Source: the human T2T-CHM13v2.0 reference genome, Homo sapiens
Reading direction: 5' to 3' (one strand)
Assembly (NCBI RefSeq): GCF_009914755.1
Contig: NC_060926.1
Length of the DNA stretch: 64,000 nucleotides
Of this stretch, positions 46,071-59,525 are shown piece after piece; the first letter of the stretch is position 1; every line of letters starts with the position of its first letter. Position numbers and translations under genes: made by a program. The notes under the pieces are model-generated. The model had not been told where the DNA came from. It saw only the letters and a list, made by a program, of their open reading frames with translations, and did not search any database.

Positions 46071-47121
46071 CTATTCAATACTCTCAAAATCCTGATTCAG
46101 ATGGAAAACTTGTTCATCAGAGCCATGTATATCAATTGCTCTCTTTATGGACTCTATGGCCTTTTTCCATATAAAATGTTACTGTTTCACAAAATTTTAC
46201 TTCCCCATCAGCAAGCACTGGTGATGTGATCTCTCTTTCTGCATACAGATTGCCATTAAAATGATCAACAGGCAGTCACATAGAAGCTCCTCATCCACTC
46301 AGACCAAAAGAGGCTCCTAAGCTATCCTTCTGGATTTCTATCATCTTTTAAAACATAAATATAAAATCTTAGTGGAAACTACTCCACCAAAAGATTTGCT
46401 TCTTTCTTCTAGTATGTGATTACAGTAAATAAAATTCAAGGCTCTGTGAAAGATGTGGCCTCAGTAAACTATATAAATTAGCAACAGTGAATGGAACTTT
46501 TCCAGTGAGACATGTATAAGAAAAAACTACTCAGTAGTCTATAAAAAACAAAACAAAAAAAAAACAGACCTTGCCTGTAAGTTAACACAGACTCTTTTTG
46601 ACGCCTGAAAAATCTTTCTGACCCTGGATTTTCTCATTTCAAAAGCAACCTTATCCAGCAATCTCACTTAAGTGACTTCAGCATAAGGAGGAACCACATA
46701 AGAGCAAAATCTAATTTGAGGATATAGGAATTCATTGTAGCCCCACATGCATGCAATTATCAACAATTGGAAACAACTTACATGGCAATAAAATGCTATG
46801 CTTCATTTAAAATTACCAATATGTATTGCCATAGAAAGGGGCCCATGACATTGCTGACAAAAAAAAAGTAGGCTATAAAGAATGTATGGAAAGAGGTTCA
46901 AAAAGATGCTTTCTAAAAGAGCAATAGTGGTTATCACAGGATTGTGATATTTGAGATAGTTTTTACCGCTTTGCTTTTACTTCTGTGTATCATTCAAATT
47001 TCTACATCCAGTATAAAGTTTCCTTCATTCCCTCTCCTCTCTCTTTAAACCCTCAACTCTAACCCACCTCCATCCCCTTTTCTTGCCTCATCCCACGGAG
47101 AAAACAAAAACCATCAGACCA

Positions 47122-47337
47122 TGTATTCATTTCCTAGGATTGCTGTAACACAAACTGAGTGGCTTCACAACAGAAATGTGTTGTCTCAATTCTAGGAGCT
47201 AAAACTCCAAGATCAACATGTCAGAAGGGTTCTGTCTGAGGGCTGTGAGTGGTTGCTGGCAGTCTTTGGCATTCCGAGTAAAGTAGATGCATCACCCTGA
47301 TCTCTCCTTCATCTTCACATGGCATTCTCCTTCTTTT
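47122..47337 (-). mobile_element. MLT1C-like LTR, truncated on the right
   Basis: 'tgtattcatttcctaggattgctgtaaca...cttcacatggcattctcc' then stops abruptly. Confidence 0.75.
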
Positions 47338-47520
47338 CACTCTGGGGACTGTTGTGGGGTGGGGGGAGGGGGGAGGGACAGCATTGGGAGATATACCTAA
47401 TGCTAGATGACGAGTTAGTGGGTGCAGCGCACCAGCATGGCACATGTATATATATGTAACTAACCTGCAGAATGTGCACATGTACCCTAAAACTTAAAGT
47501 ATAATAAAAAAAAAAAAAAA
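47338..47520 (+). mobile_element. Young L1 3' end (L1PA2-like), no TSD
   Basis: 'gcattgggagatatacctaatgctagatgacgagttagtgggtgcagcgcacc' (GAG rather than ACA/ACG at the Ta-diagnostic site); pure A tail. Confidence 0.9.
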
Positions 47521-49280
47521 CCTGACATCTAGACCAATGGAACAGAATAGAGAGCCAAGAAATAAATTCACGTATTTACAAACCAATTCATTTTCAGCAA
47601 AAGTGCTAAGAACACACAATGAGGAAGAAACAGTCGCTTTAGTAAGTGGTGTTGGGAAAACTGGATATCCATAAGCAGAAGAGTAAAATTAGATCCTATC
47701 TCACACCGTCTACAAAACTCAATTCAAAATGTATTAGAGACTTAAGCATAAGACCTGAAACTATAAAACTACTAGAAGAAAAACTAGGGGAAATCTCTAT
47801 GACATTGGTCTGTGCAATTTTTTTTATATGACAACAAAAGCACAGGGAACAAAAACAAAAATAGACAAATGGGATTATATCAAACTAAATACCTTCTGCA
47901 CAGCCAAGGAAACAATCAACAAAATAAAGAAACAACCTATGAGACAGGAGAAAATACCTGCACACCATATATCTGATAAGGAGTTAGTATCCAAAATATG
48001 TATGGAACTCAAACAACTCAATAGCAAGAAAACAAATAACCCAATTTAAAAATGGACAAAGGAGCTAAATAGACATTTCTCAAAAAAAGACACAGAATGG
48101 CTAAGAGGTGTATGAAAAAGTGCTCAACATCACTAATCATCTGGGAAATGCAAATCAAAACCACAGTGAGATATCAGCTCACACCTGTTAGGATGGCTAG
48201 ACTAGATAAAAGATAAGTTTTGGCAAGGATGTTGAGAAAAGGGAATTCTCACACAGGGTTGATGGGAATGCAAGTTAATACAACCATTGTGGAAAATTGT
48301 ATGGAGGTCCCTCAAAAAATTAAAAATAGAACTACAATATGATCCACTACTGGATATATATACAAAGAAAATGAAATCAGTATGTTGAAGAAATATCTGC
48401 ATTCCCATGTTCATTGCAGTATTATTCACAGAAGTAAAGATATAGAATCAACCTAAGTGTCCATCAATGGATGAATGAAGAAAATGTGATATTTATAAAA
48501 TGTGACATACACCGTATATGAATACTACACTATTCAGCTTTTAAAAAGTAAGAAATCTTGGCCAGGCGTGGTGGTTCACGCCTGTAATCCCAGCACTTTG
48601 GGAGGCCGAGGTGGGGCGATCATGAGGTCAAGAGATCGAGACCATCCTGGCTAACATAGCGAAATCCTGTCTCTACTAAAAATACAAAAAATTAGCCGGG
48701 CGTGGTGGCAGGCGCCTGTAGTCCCAACTCCTTGGGAGGCTGAGGCAGGAGAATGGCATGAACCCGGGAGGCAGAGCTTGCAGTGAACCGAGATCGCGCC
48801 ACTGTACTACAGCCTGGAGCGAGATTCCGTCAACGTGGATGAACCTGGAGGACATTATACTAAGTGAAATAATCCAGGCACAGAAAGACAAATACCTCAT
48901 GATCTCATTTATATGTGGAGTCTTAAAAAGTTAAAACTCATAAAGCAGAGAGCAAAATGTTGGTTACCATGTGCTAGGAGAATGAGGTGTGAGGAAGACT
49001 GGGTAATGTTGGTCAAAGGATATAAAACTTTAGTTAGATAAGAGGAATACATTTAAGAGATCTATCGTAAAACATGGTGACTATAGTTAACAACAATGTA
49101 TTGTACTACTGAAAATCACTAAGAGAGTAAATTATAAGTGTTCTCACCAGAAAAAAAAATAAGTGAGGTAATGCATATGTTAATTAGCTTGACTTGCATT
49201 TCATAATGTATACATATTCAAAACATCATGTTGTACATTTTAAATATATACAAATTTTGTCAATTTAAATAATTAATAAT
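47521..49280 (+). mobile_element. L1MA (L1MA7/8-like) 3' portion
   Basis: ORF2 C-terminal peptides (KIDKWDYIKLNTFCTAKETIN) and L1MA 3'UTR. Confidence 0.85.
48560..48831 (+). mobile_element. AluY lacking its poly(A) tail
   Basis: AluY diagnostics (ggctaaca, gaatggcatgaac, gagcttgcag); ends gagattccgtc directly into L1. Confidence 0.92.
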
Positions 49281-50034
49281 TTTTTAATATTCTGAATATG
49301 GTGGTTACTTCTTTCATAGTTGTATACAATATGTTAAGAAAACCTAAAAACAACGCCATCATTTTATAACCTTCTACTATCGTATAAAAATGGCCAAGAA
49401 AAAGAGTAGCAGAAATGTTTAGCTTTAGACAAAGAATATAAATGTAAATATTAAGTCTTTATTAAGCTCTTACTACGTATCAGGCACTCTACCAAGCATG
49501 TACCTAAAGAAGTACTCTGTTCCCTTGTGCATGGTAGCATGACTGACATGTAGTTAAGAGCTTAAAAATCTTCCATATTTGGTCCTGCTTATAGAACTTA
49601 TAGCCTTAGAACACATAGCATGCAATTACGGCACAGAATAATAGATGTTAATACATGAGCAGAATGGGAGCAAAAATAAGGAGCATGTAATTCCATCTTT
49701 TAGGCACCATGGATAATTTTCCAAAATAAAGATGACGCTTCTTCAGAGACATGAAGGACTTAGGATTGTTGGCCTAGCTTAGAGTCAAAAAGAAACATCT
49801 GGGAAAATACACTCTCACCAGTCTATTGGGTTCATTAACACCTTTTACTGTCTCTCCCCATTTTCTCACACAGGATGTTAACCTCCGGCAAAGTCCTTCC
49901 AGTCTGGCATATTTCCAAGCATTTTCTCTCACTTGTGTTCATAATAAATACATGAAGTCTACTCCCTCTTGTATATCATAAAATGGACTGTTTTCCCTTT
50001 TACTTTCAAACTAACAGATCTACTTTTCCCTTTC

Positions 50035-50096
50035 TACCTTCTTCCTTCTCCCTTCCTTCTCTCTCCCTCTCTTTCCCTCCCTCCCTCCTTCTCTCT

Positions 50097-50148
<52 letters not shown>
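50035..50148. repeat. CT-rich tract followed by a (CA)~24 microsatellite
   Basis: Direct reading. Confidence 0.95.
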
Positions 50149-50151
<3 letters not shown>

Positions 50152-50322
50152 CCAGTCCTGAGAACAATCAGGACTCAGCTAAAGACAGCCCCTCCCCTCT
50201 AATGACTAAGGCTTTCTGACTGAGTCAGGTTCAGGTGTCTAGCTGCTGGCAAAAGGCTCCTCTGTCCTCTAATCAGTGTTGTCTATTTGCAGGCTGTGTA
50301 GAGCCTAATAAAACAAAGTTCT

Positions 50323-50620
<298 letters not shown>

Positions 50621-50922
50621 CTAGAAATTACTGCTTCTTCCACACCCACACATGCTCCCAAAAAGAAAGCATAAGCTCTATGAGGATAGAATTTTTTTTC
50701 TGTTTTGGCCACTGCTTTATCCCAAATGACTAGAACAGCATCTGGCATGTACTATGCACTCAGAGAATATTGATGGAATGAATGAATGATGGGACCAATC
50801 CAACAGTTTCCCAGTCATGCCAAGATATGATTAAACCTGGCATGAGATCAAACTGGTACCCCTGTTACACTAAGATTCAAGGAACACATAAAAATAAAGA
50901 AGATGCAGCAAATTAAGAAATC

Positions 50923-51522
50923 TGTATTAGTCAGAGTTCTCTAGACAGACAGAACCACCAGACAGATGGACGGGTGGGTGGGTAGATAGATAGATAGACA
51001 GTTAGATAAGAGATGGGATTTGTTAGGGGAATTGGCTCATGTACTCATGGAGGCTGAGAAGTCCCATGATAGGCTATCTGCAAGCTGGAGACCCCGGGAT
51101 GCTGTCAGCATGGATCAGTGTAGTCCAAAGGCCTTAGAATGAGAGAAGCAGATGAAGTAATTCTCATTCCAAGGCCAAAGGCCTGAGAACCCAGAAGCCT
51201 GCTGATATAAGTCCTGGAGTCCGAAGGCCTGGGAGCCTGGAGTTCTCGTCCAAGGACAGGAGAGGAATAGTGTATCTCAGCTCCAGCAGATAGATCAACA
51301 TATTTGCCTTTTCTCTGTTTTTGTTCTGTCTGTGCTCCCAACAGATTAGATGTACCCGCCCACACTGAAGGCAGATCTTCCCTGCCTAGTCCACTCAGAC
51401 TCACACGCTAACCTCTTCTGGAAACACCCTCACAGACACACCCAAAAATAATCCTTCACCAGTCACCAGGTTTCTAGATATTATTGAATTCAGTCAAGTT
51501 AATATCTAAAATTAACCATCAC
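50923..51522 (-). mobile_element. MLT2B-like ERVL LTR
   Basis: tgtattagtcagagttctc...(taga)n...aaaattaaccatcaca. Confidence 0.85.
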
Positions 51523-51938
51523 AGTATCTGAATTCACAGAAAGACAGTCTTAATAAACATAAAATTACACTGCTGTTAATAAATAATCAGGCAAAAAATT
51601 TACAGTTTTCAAAAATGTGGGTTGGTTGATATATATATATTTTCATGTTATAAGGAAAATGACTATTTATGACTTAACAATTTTTAAAGGACTTGAATAC
51701 ATCATTCAACATTCTACTGTCTGGAGAATTAATTTGATTACATGTCTAAAGTGACTAATAAAGAGCTGTGAGTTAAGTTGATCCTGCTGTCTTGATAAGC
51801 TATTATGGCAGAAAAGACCACTAACTGTGCTAAGAAGAAAATAAGTTCCAAGGGTCCTTTTCAATCCAAGAAATCAAAGCAATTAATATAATTCATACAA
51901 AGGACATAAAACACTAAAATCATGAAAAAGTAAAATTA

Positions 51939-52231
<293 letters not shown>

Positions 52232-52239
52232 AAGAAACA

Positions 52240-52281
<42 letters not shown>

Positions 52282-52494
52282 CAGAGAGACAGACAGAGAC
52301 AAAGAGAGAGAAACAAAAAAGAAGAGAAGAGAGAAAGAAAGAAGAAAAGGAGGGAAGGAGGTAAGGAAGGAAAAGAAAAGAAAGGAAGGAGAGAAAGAAA
52401 GGAAAGAAAGGAAAGGAAAGGAAAGGAAAGGAAGTAAAGAGAAAAGAAGAGAGCGAGAGAGAGAGAAACAGAGAAAGAGGAAAAGGAAAAGGAG
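52232..52494 (+). repeat. ~260-bp purine-rich tract ((GA)n, GGAAA, GAAA) from the Alu tail
   Basis: Direct reading. Confidence 0.95.
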
Positions 52495-53924
52495 ATGAAT
52501 AACTGCAAAGGATCAGGACTAATATTCCTGAGAGCTGTGACACATGTTATTGAATACCTTTCTTTATATCTCCTGTCATAGTGTTCCACAGAATTTGAAT
52601 ATTAGTATCCAATAGCTACTGATGCCTGTGAACTGAACCCCACAAGAGGCTGAGTGCTTCCTGCAAGACCAGCAAAACATCAAGTCAGCATGGGCTCTCA
52701 GAAAGTATGTATTAGATTTCATTTTACAACATTTTGAAGCTCCCCCAAACATCATGGCAAACACTACTCAAATTCTCCCAGTAATCCAGGTGTTCCAACA
52801 CAAAATGTGTGCTGAACCCACCACACCACAGCTGTCTTTGTAACAGGTTTTTTGAGTCTTCCTGCTACTACTTGTCACAGCATGGCAAACTCCAAACATT
52901 CCCATCACCAAAATACATCCCAACATTGTAGAATAGTTAAGTCTTTCTCAAATACATCACAAACAATAATCCTATATGTCTATGTTTTTATAATACAAAA
53001 CAATGACTTTGGTCAACAATTAAAAAACATTTACTAAGTTCAATAACAATAGAAGGAGTCCAGGACATGCCAGTCTCATATAAAAGGTGTTCTCACTGAT
53101 AAAACTGAGAACAAATAAGATGATAAATCATTTGCCCAAATACAAAGTCCAGCAATATTTTAAAATAAGCCTGAAATCTGAACCTCCTGAGAGGATCTTA
53201 ACGTAGCTCACCTGTCATAGCATTCCAGGAAAAGCTAAGAGATAAGGAGATTGCAGAGAAACAAATGAGAATGTGTGCTTTTATATAAAGTTAGACTCCC
53301 ATGGGCTTTTGATAAAGTCCTTCAGATGAGTCAAATCAGTTGGTATGTTACAGAAATTTGCAAATTAAGCATTGGTTTAAGAGATTAAAAGGCGTATCAG
53401 TAGTAAATGAACAAGTCACAGAGATAACAAGTAAAATCAAAGACAAGGCAAGATGTTAGAAGTTGAAGGGTAGTTCTCCGAAAGAAACTAATTCATTTTG
53501 GTTAATTAGAAGTAGAAGAAATATTGTATTATGAGTAACGTTGAATATTTAGACAAATGTTTACACAAAATGTCAAGGAAGTAGGCATAACCTTTAGAAT
53601 TGCACAGAGTCCCTATGTGCAGGACTTACAGCCTAACAAACCAAACCAAATGAGGTCGCAACTGACTTAGGGACAAGCAGGGTCACAGAGTAACACCCCA
53701 TGCAGAAGTCCAGACTGATTAGTAATGATGAGTCTTTTCCAAATGTTCAGGGACTACAACAATAGTGAGGCTAATGCCAACATTTGGAAAACCATTCCCA
53801 TGGGGCCCAGGTCTTTACTACAAATCATTAAGGCTGACTGCCGGAAACTTCCATTAATGAATAGAAAATTCATTCATGAAGGAGCAGGGAGGTTTTCCCA
53901 TAATCCATTCTTCTCTCCTTCCTT

Positions 53925-55110
53925 GATAATAAAATCCCCATTGAGCACATTTCTAAGACTCCCTTACAGCTAGATGAGGCCATGTAACTAAATTATGGTC
54001 AATGGGCTATGATACAATAAAAATAAATATTTGGTCTTTACGCCCAGTTCCACAGAGCTCCTTAAAACTCTTGGAATTTCTTTAGTGATGGGGGTATCTT
54101 TTGTTATTCATAAGGAGACCCTTTCAACCACATCTGAGTTTATGCTAATGAGGTGACTTAGATGGGGTGCGCAGGGGGTGGAAGGGGGGTGGCCTGCAGG
54201 TAGTCTCAGACAGAGCTGGTCACAAGGAAGACCAAACTTGTTATTAGAGGGTTGGAACTTTCAGTACCTCTGAGGAGGAGAAGGGGGGACCTGAAGATTG
54301 AGCTCTATAAAAACTCTTGAAGAATGAGATTGGGAAGCTTCCTGGTTGGTAAACACATGCGCATGAGGAGAGGTTGCTCCATTAGGACAGAGGCTCCTGC
54401 ACTTGGAACCAGACCTCACCCCATGTTAACTCTTTATCTGGCTGTTCACTTCTATCCTTTATAGTAAACAAATACACACAAGCAAAGTATTTTCCCAAGT
54501 TCTGTGAGTTGCTAAAACAAATTATCAAAACTGAGAGGCGTTGTGAGAATTCCCAAATTTGAAGTCAGTGGAGCAGAACTGTTGGCAGCCTGGGCACATC
54601 GTATGTGGCTGGCATCTGAAGTAGGAACAGTCTTGTGGGACAGAGCCCTTTAACTTGTGGAATTGCACACTAACTCCAGGTAAAAAATGACAGGATTGAG
54701 TTGAATTGCTGGTCATCCAGTTGGTGCCAGATAATTGATATGCAAAGACACCACATATGTGGTGTCAGAAAGAACTTCATAAAAGCATTATTTGAATTCT
54801 ATAGGAAGTATCCTTATAGTCAGAAGGCATATCCTCTCTCCTTCCTTCTTCTTTCTGATAGTAGGAAAGCAAATTGATGTCTGGAGCTCCAGAAGTCATC
54901 ATGGACACTGTCCTTAGGAATGAAAATGACACATGACAGAGCCACAGGATGGAGGGAACCTGGGATCATAAATTATTAATACAAGCTGCCATAAAAGTTC
55001 TGGACTGCCTATCCCCAGACTGTATGTGAGATGGAAAGAATCCTTTATCTTGCTTAAGCCAGCACACTTATAGGTTTCTCACACACATTGCCAATTCTAA
55101 ACCCTAATCA
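53925..55110 (+). mobile_element. MLT1-type LTR interrupted by a MER21-like LTR (~54010-54780)
   Basis: MER21 motifs 'atatttggtcttt...gagtttatgctaatgaggtgact' and 'ggtgtcagaa'; MLT1 motifs on both sides. Confidence 0.7.
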
Positions 55111-55559
55111 TATGACAAACACTAAAATGAAAGCTTTAAGATCCTAACATGGAACTTTTTTACTAACCATGCTATGGTCCAAACATTTGGCATAGGAAAA
55201 ATGTCTATGACAAAATTCACATTGGAAGAAAAAAAAAGAGAGGAATACATTTAATCTACCTGAAACAAGAGTATGCTTTGATTTGGTTTGGTTTTTGTTT
55301 CTTAAAATACTGACCCATTGTTTGCATGCCTCCATTCTAGTCGATTGGCTGGAGAATCTCTACAGGCCAATTCTCTCTTGGCCTTCAATTTACTGTTACA
55401 GAAATCAAGAGAACAGAATCTAACCAGCAGTATAAAAGGATCATTGCAAAACACTGGTTCACACATTTTCAATAGCTCGTATCTTAAATATCTGTTGTTC
55501 TTAAGGCAATGCCTAATACCAGTGAGATTTCAGAGCTCAAGTAAATTTATCAATATTAA

Positions 55560-55810
55560 TAATTATACTTAACATTTATTGAGTGATAACTAAGTTTAAC
55601 TGTGATAAATGTTTCACTTCCATTTTCTTGTTTAATTCTCAAAACAACCTGGTGAAATCGAAGATGTTATTATTTCCAGATAGAGAAGCAGAAAATGAGA
55701 ACTGAAATGTAAACAAATTAAGGCATTTGTCTATATGATATAGCTAATAAGTTTTATCACCTGGCTCTGAATTCCAGGCAGTTTCACTCCACAGACCACA
55801 GTATCCATTA
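55560..55810 (-). mobile_element. MIR
   Basis: 'aacatttattgagtg...tttaattctcaaaacaacc...gaattccaggcagt'. Confidence 0.65.
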
Positions 55811-56074
55811 TGTTATACTACCTCCCAATCAGGGCTAAACATCATATGATCAGGTTTTAAGTAGCAACTGTCCTTGTGAGTTTTAGGGCTATTTTAAGGA
55901 CGAACCTCATTTTCTACACAAATCTTTTTGTAAAAATGTGGTCTTTGGAGTACTGGTGATCCCAAGCAGTCCACACACAATTCATTTCAGAGACGAAAAC
56001 AATGGAACAATGTTGCTCATATTCATTTAATAAATTTCATAATGTGGACTAAAGATAACTATAAAGTGTTTTAC

Positions 56075-56590
56075 ATTTCTGTCCCTAAAAGATAGTCTAA
56101 TTCTCTTGCCCTTGAAGCCAACCTGGTCTTAGTAACTTATTTGATAAACAGAATATAAAAGTGGCTTTCTGGGACCTCCTAGGCTATGTTATAAAAAGTC
56201 CTGAAGCTCCCACCTGGGTCTCTTAGGACCATTGCTCTTGGATCCCTAAACTACTGTGTTAGAAATCCACCTACCCTGTTTTACACACCCGTAGGAAAGA
56301 CCTTAAAACTACCCTGGAGAGAGCGGGGGCCACCAGCTCATCCTAGTTTTCCAGTCATTCCAACAAAATCAGTGGGCACGTGAGCAAAGCACCTTGGAAT
56401 CTCTGACTCAGCCCAGCCTTCATCACTGAATACCATCAACACCAGCCAATGCCATGTGGAGCAGAAAAATCAAACGGCCAAGCCTTGCCCCCAAAGCTCA
56501 GCCCACAGAACTGTGAAATATAGCTTGATGGTATTGTTTTAAGCCACTGAGTACTGGGATAGTTTGTCATGTAACAATACGTAACCAGAA
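56075..56590 (+). mobile_element. MLT1F/G-like LTR
   Basis: 3' motif 'ttgttttaagccactgag...tagtttgtcatgtaacaatacgtaacca'. Confidence 0.7.
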
Positions 56591-57068
56591 GAATAAGATT
56601 ATTTATGATTTTCACACAATCCCTTTGAGATTCTTACTAATCATTAAATCTGCAAAGGTCATATAAGTGCTCTGAAGACAATATTGGTCAGTTTATTTTG
56701 GCTCATATTTGTTGACAGCATGCAGTCTGAGCCAATGGATTCATATTTCTATGTAATTGTTTACAGTTGTTAAATTTATACTTCCGTGTGTACTGTAGTC
56801 TATCATTATGCCACCAATCCCTCCAAATGAAATAACGGCTCTAATATTGTGCACGGATAGAAAAAAAACTCCAAAACTATAATGTAAAAAGTACAGCCCA
56901 GAAGGATGTCATAAACATAGTTAAACCTGACTCCAGAAAGACTACAGAAAGTGAATCTGTACATGCTCATCCAAGTGAATCTGCAAATGTGAGAATTTAG
57001 CATAAACAGTCAAAACAGTAGAGTGAGAATACAAAGTACAATGATAATTATCTGAAAATTGGCTTTTC

Positions 57069-57100
57069 CTAGACTGATGATTTATTCCCCTGTTCGCTGT
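57069..57100 (-). CDS. Candidate terminal coding exon; phase-1 reading (D)SEQGNKSSV*
   Basis: Minus strand ctctttgacgttttattacAG acceptor, TAG at 57071-57069, unique UTR-like sequence with AATAAA at 56697-56692. Confidence 0.45.
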
Positions 57101-57822
57101 CTGTAATAAAACGTCAAAGAGTAACATACAACCATTTTAGCCATTTTCAAACAAAGCACGATGACCTTTCTGGCAAACCAATGAAGTTTGTCCAGAACAA
57201 GAACGAAATGATTGTATTTCTCATGGTGCTTGGTTTAAAGCAACTGTAAGTGACTCTATGTATAATAAGCAAAATGGGAATGTGTTTAAAGGACAATTCA
57301 GAGTTTATACAGAATCAGCCCAAGGCTGAAGAACCAGGCTTAAAAATGGGTAGAATCAAAAGCATATCTGAGGGTCTGCATTAGAAGCCAAGGCTGGAAC
57401 AATACCCTCCTTCTGCCTGAGCTAAAGACCTGAGGGTAAATTACCAAATTATTAGGGAAAAATCTGAGTTGGAGATGTCATAGACAGAAGAGGCTTCCTC
57501 AGTTAGATTTATACCCCTCTTATGCCTCAGCTAGACAGACAGAGGCAAGACCATTATTCTAAGGCAGGAGCCTTTCTGCAGACAGACAGATGTGAAGAAG
57601 AGAAGATGAGGCTGAACTGAGCATACCCATTTCCTTCTTTCAAATTCACAAATGATATGGTCTTCTTCCCAACAGGCATGAGAATAGGCTCAGTGGAACA
57701 AGAAAGACCAGGAAGGTTTCTCCACAACAAAGTAACGTGGGACTGAGTGTTTTGTTACAAAGGTCACACTACAGAAGACTCTGGGTGCTTGCCAATGCTG
57801 CCACAACCCTGCCATGAATCTT

Positions 57823-58398
57823 TTTTAACTTTTAACTTCAGAGGTACATGTCCAGGTTTGTTACGGAGGTAAACGTGTGTCATGGGGGTTTGTTGTACTG
57901 ATTATTTTGTCACCCAGGTATTAAGCCTAGTACCTATTATTTTTCCTGATCCTCTCCCGCCTCCCACCATCCACCTTCCAAAAGGCCCCAGTGTCTGTTG
58001 TTCCTCTCTATGTGTCCATGTGTTCTCATCATTTAGTTCCCACTTATAAGTGAGAACATGTGATATCTGGTTTTCTGTTCCTGCATTAGTTTGCTAAGGA
58101 TAATGGCCTCCAGCTCCATCCAGGTGCCTGCAAAGGACATGATCTCATTCTTTTTTATGGCTGAATAATATTCCATCGTATATATGTACCACATTTTCTT
58201 CATCCAGTCTATCGTTGGTGGGCATTTATGTTGATTCTATGTCTTTACTATTGTGAATAGTGTTGCAATTAACATACATATGCATATGTATTTATAACAG
58301 AATAATTTATATTCCTTTGTATATATACCCAATAATAGGATTGCTGAGTCAAATGGTATTTCTGTCTTTATGTCTTTGAGGAATTCCTACACTGTCTT
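57823..58398 (-). mobile_element. L1PA13-like 3' end
   Basis: Reverse 3'UTR; 15-bp TSD CCTGCCATGAA(T/A)CTT at 57808-57822 and 58399-58413. Confidence 0.9.
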
Positions 58399-59220
58399 CC
58401 TGCCATGAAACTTACCTGCACATCTTGACATCATGTGAGGGGCACCATAAGAAGCCCTAGACTCTGAGGCCATCTCTTCTCACCTGGACTCTCACACCCA
58501 TACAGCTCTGTACACTGCCCGAAATAGAACAGCCACCCCACCCACACTAAAACTCCCGAACATCAGAGTAATCATCTGCCATCAGTGAATACCTATTATA
58601 GCTCTTCTCTCTAAACATTCTCTTCACCTTTTTGCTCCAAGCAAAACTTTGCTATCTCCTAATGACCTAATTTAGTGGTCACTGTTTTTCCAAACTCAAA
58701 TATATGGGGCTTGCCATTTCTGAAAACCTTTATAAATCCTTTTAGAAACTCATGCCACCAAATATGAACACTGTTGATCCTTCATTGTTGCAGTTAACTA
58801 CAGACCTGAGTCACTCTCCCTCATTCCCAGAATATTTTAGCTCCTGATTTTCACTCTCTACCACTACTCTTTATAATTCTTATTTCAGTATTCACCTAAG
58901 TTGTGCTTCTAATACTATTCTGCCCTCTAAGTTCGTTGACCTATTTCCAGTATTCTTGTCCTCTACCCACCTTAGTCACCTACTCTCTGATTATATCTTG
59001 ATCCTTGTCATACTCATAACTGAACATCCTTTATGATCTCAGTTGTGAAATCCCACAGTGTAACCAGCTTCCCTTATCAATCCACTTCACTCCCCCAAGG
59101 ACCCAAACTATTTGTTCGAGACAACAGTCCATTGATCCTACTACCTTCTCACTGTCCATCACCTCTGTAAGTCTCCATTTTACTCCTAAATTGGCTTAGA
59201 TTCCATGGCCTGTCATTATA

Positions 59221-59525
59221 CAGGTTGAGTATCCCTTATCCAAAGTGCCTGGGACTAGAAGTGCTTTGGATTTGAGACACAAGTCTAAACACAAATTCGT
59301 TATGTTTCATATGTACCTTGTACACATCAACTGAAGGCAATTTTATACAGTATTTTTAATAACTTTCTGCATGAAACAAATGTTTGACTACATTTTGACT
59401 ATGACCCATCATATGAGGACAGGTGTGGAATTTTCCACTTGTGGCATCATGTCAGTGCTTTAAAAAGTTTCAGATTTGGGAGAATTTTGGATTTTAGTTT
59501 TTTGAATTGGAAATGTTTAACCTGT
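59221..59525 (+). mobile_element. Tigger4 (Zombi/MER46) DNA transposon
   Basis: TA-flanked termini caggttgagtatccc...tttaacctg. Confidence 0.85.

Noticed and set aside
55144-55259. Possible extra minus-strand last exon (ctcttgtttcAG|GTAGATTAA)
   Set aside because: Acceptor only, with no donor or convincing peptide; too weak to call
58405-58490. Two minus-strand donor-like sites (CAG|GTAAGT, CAG|GTGAGA)
   Set aside because: No clear matching acceptor; one overlaps the L1 TSD and the region borders L2
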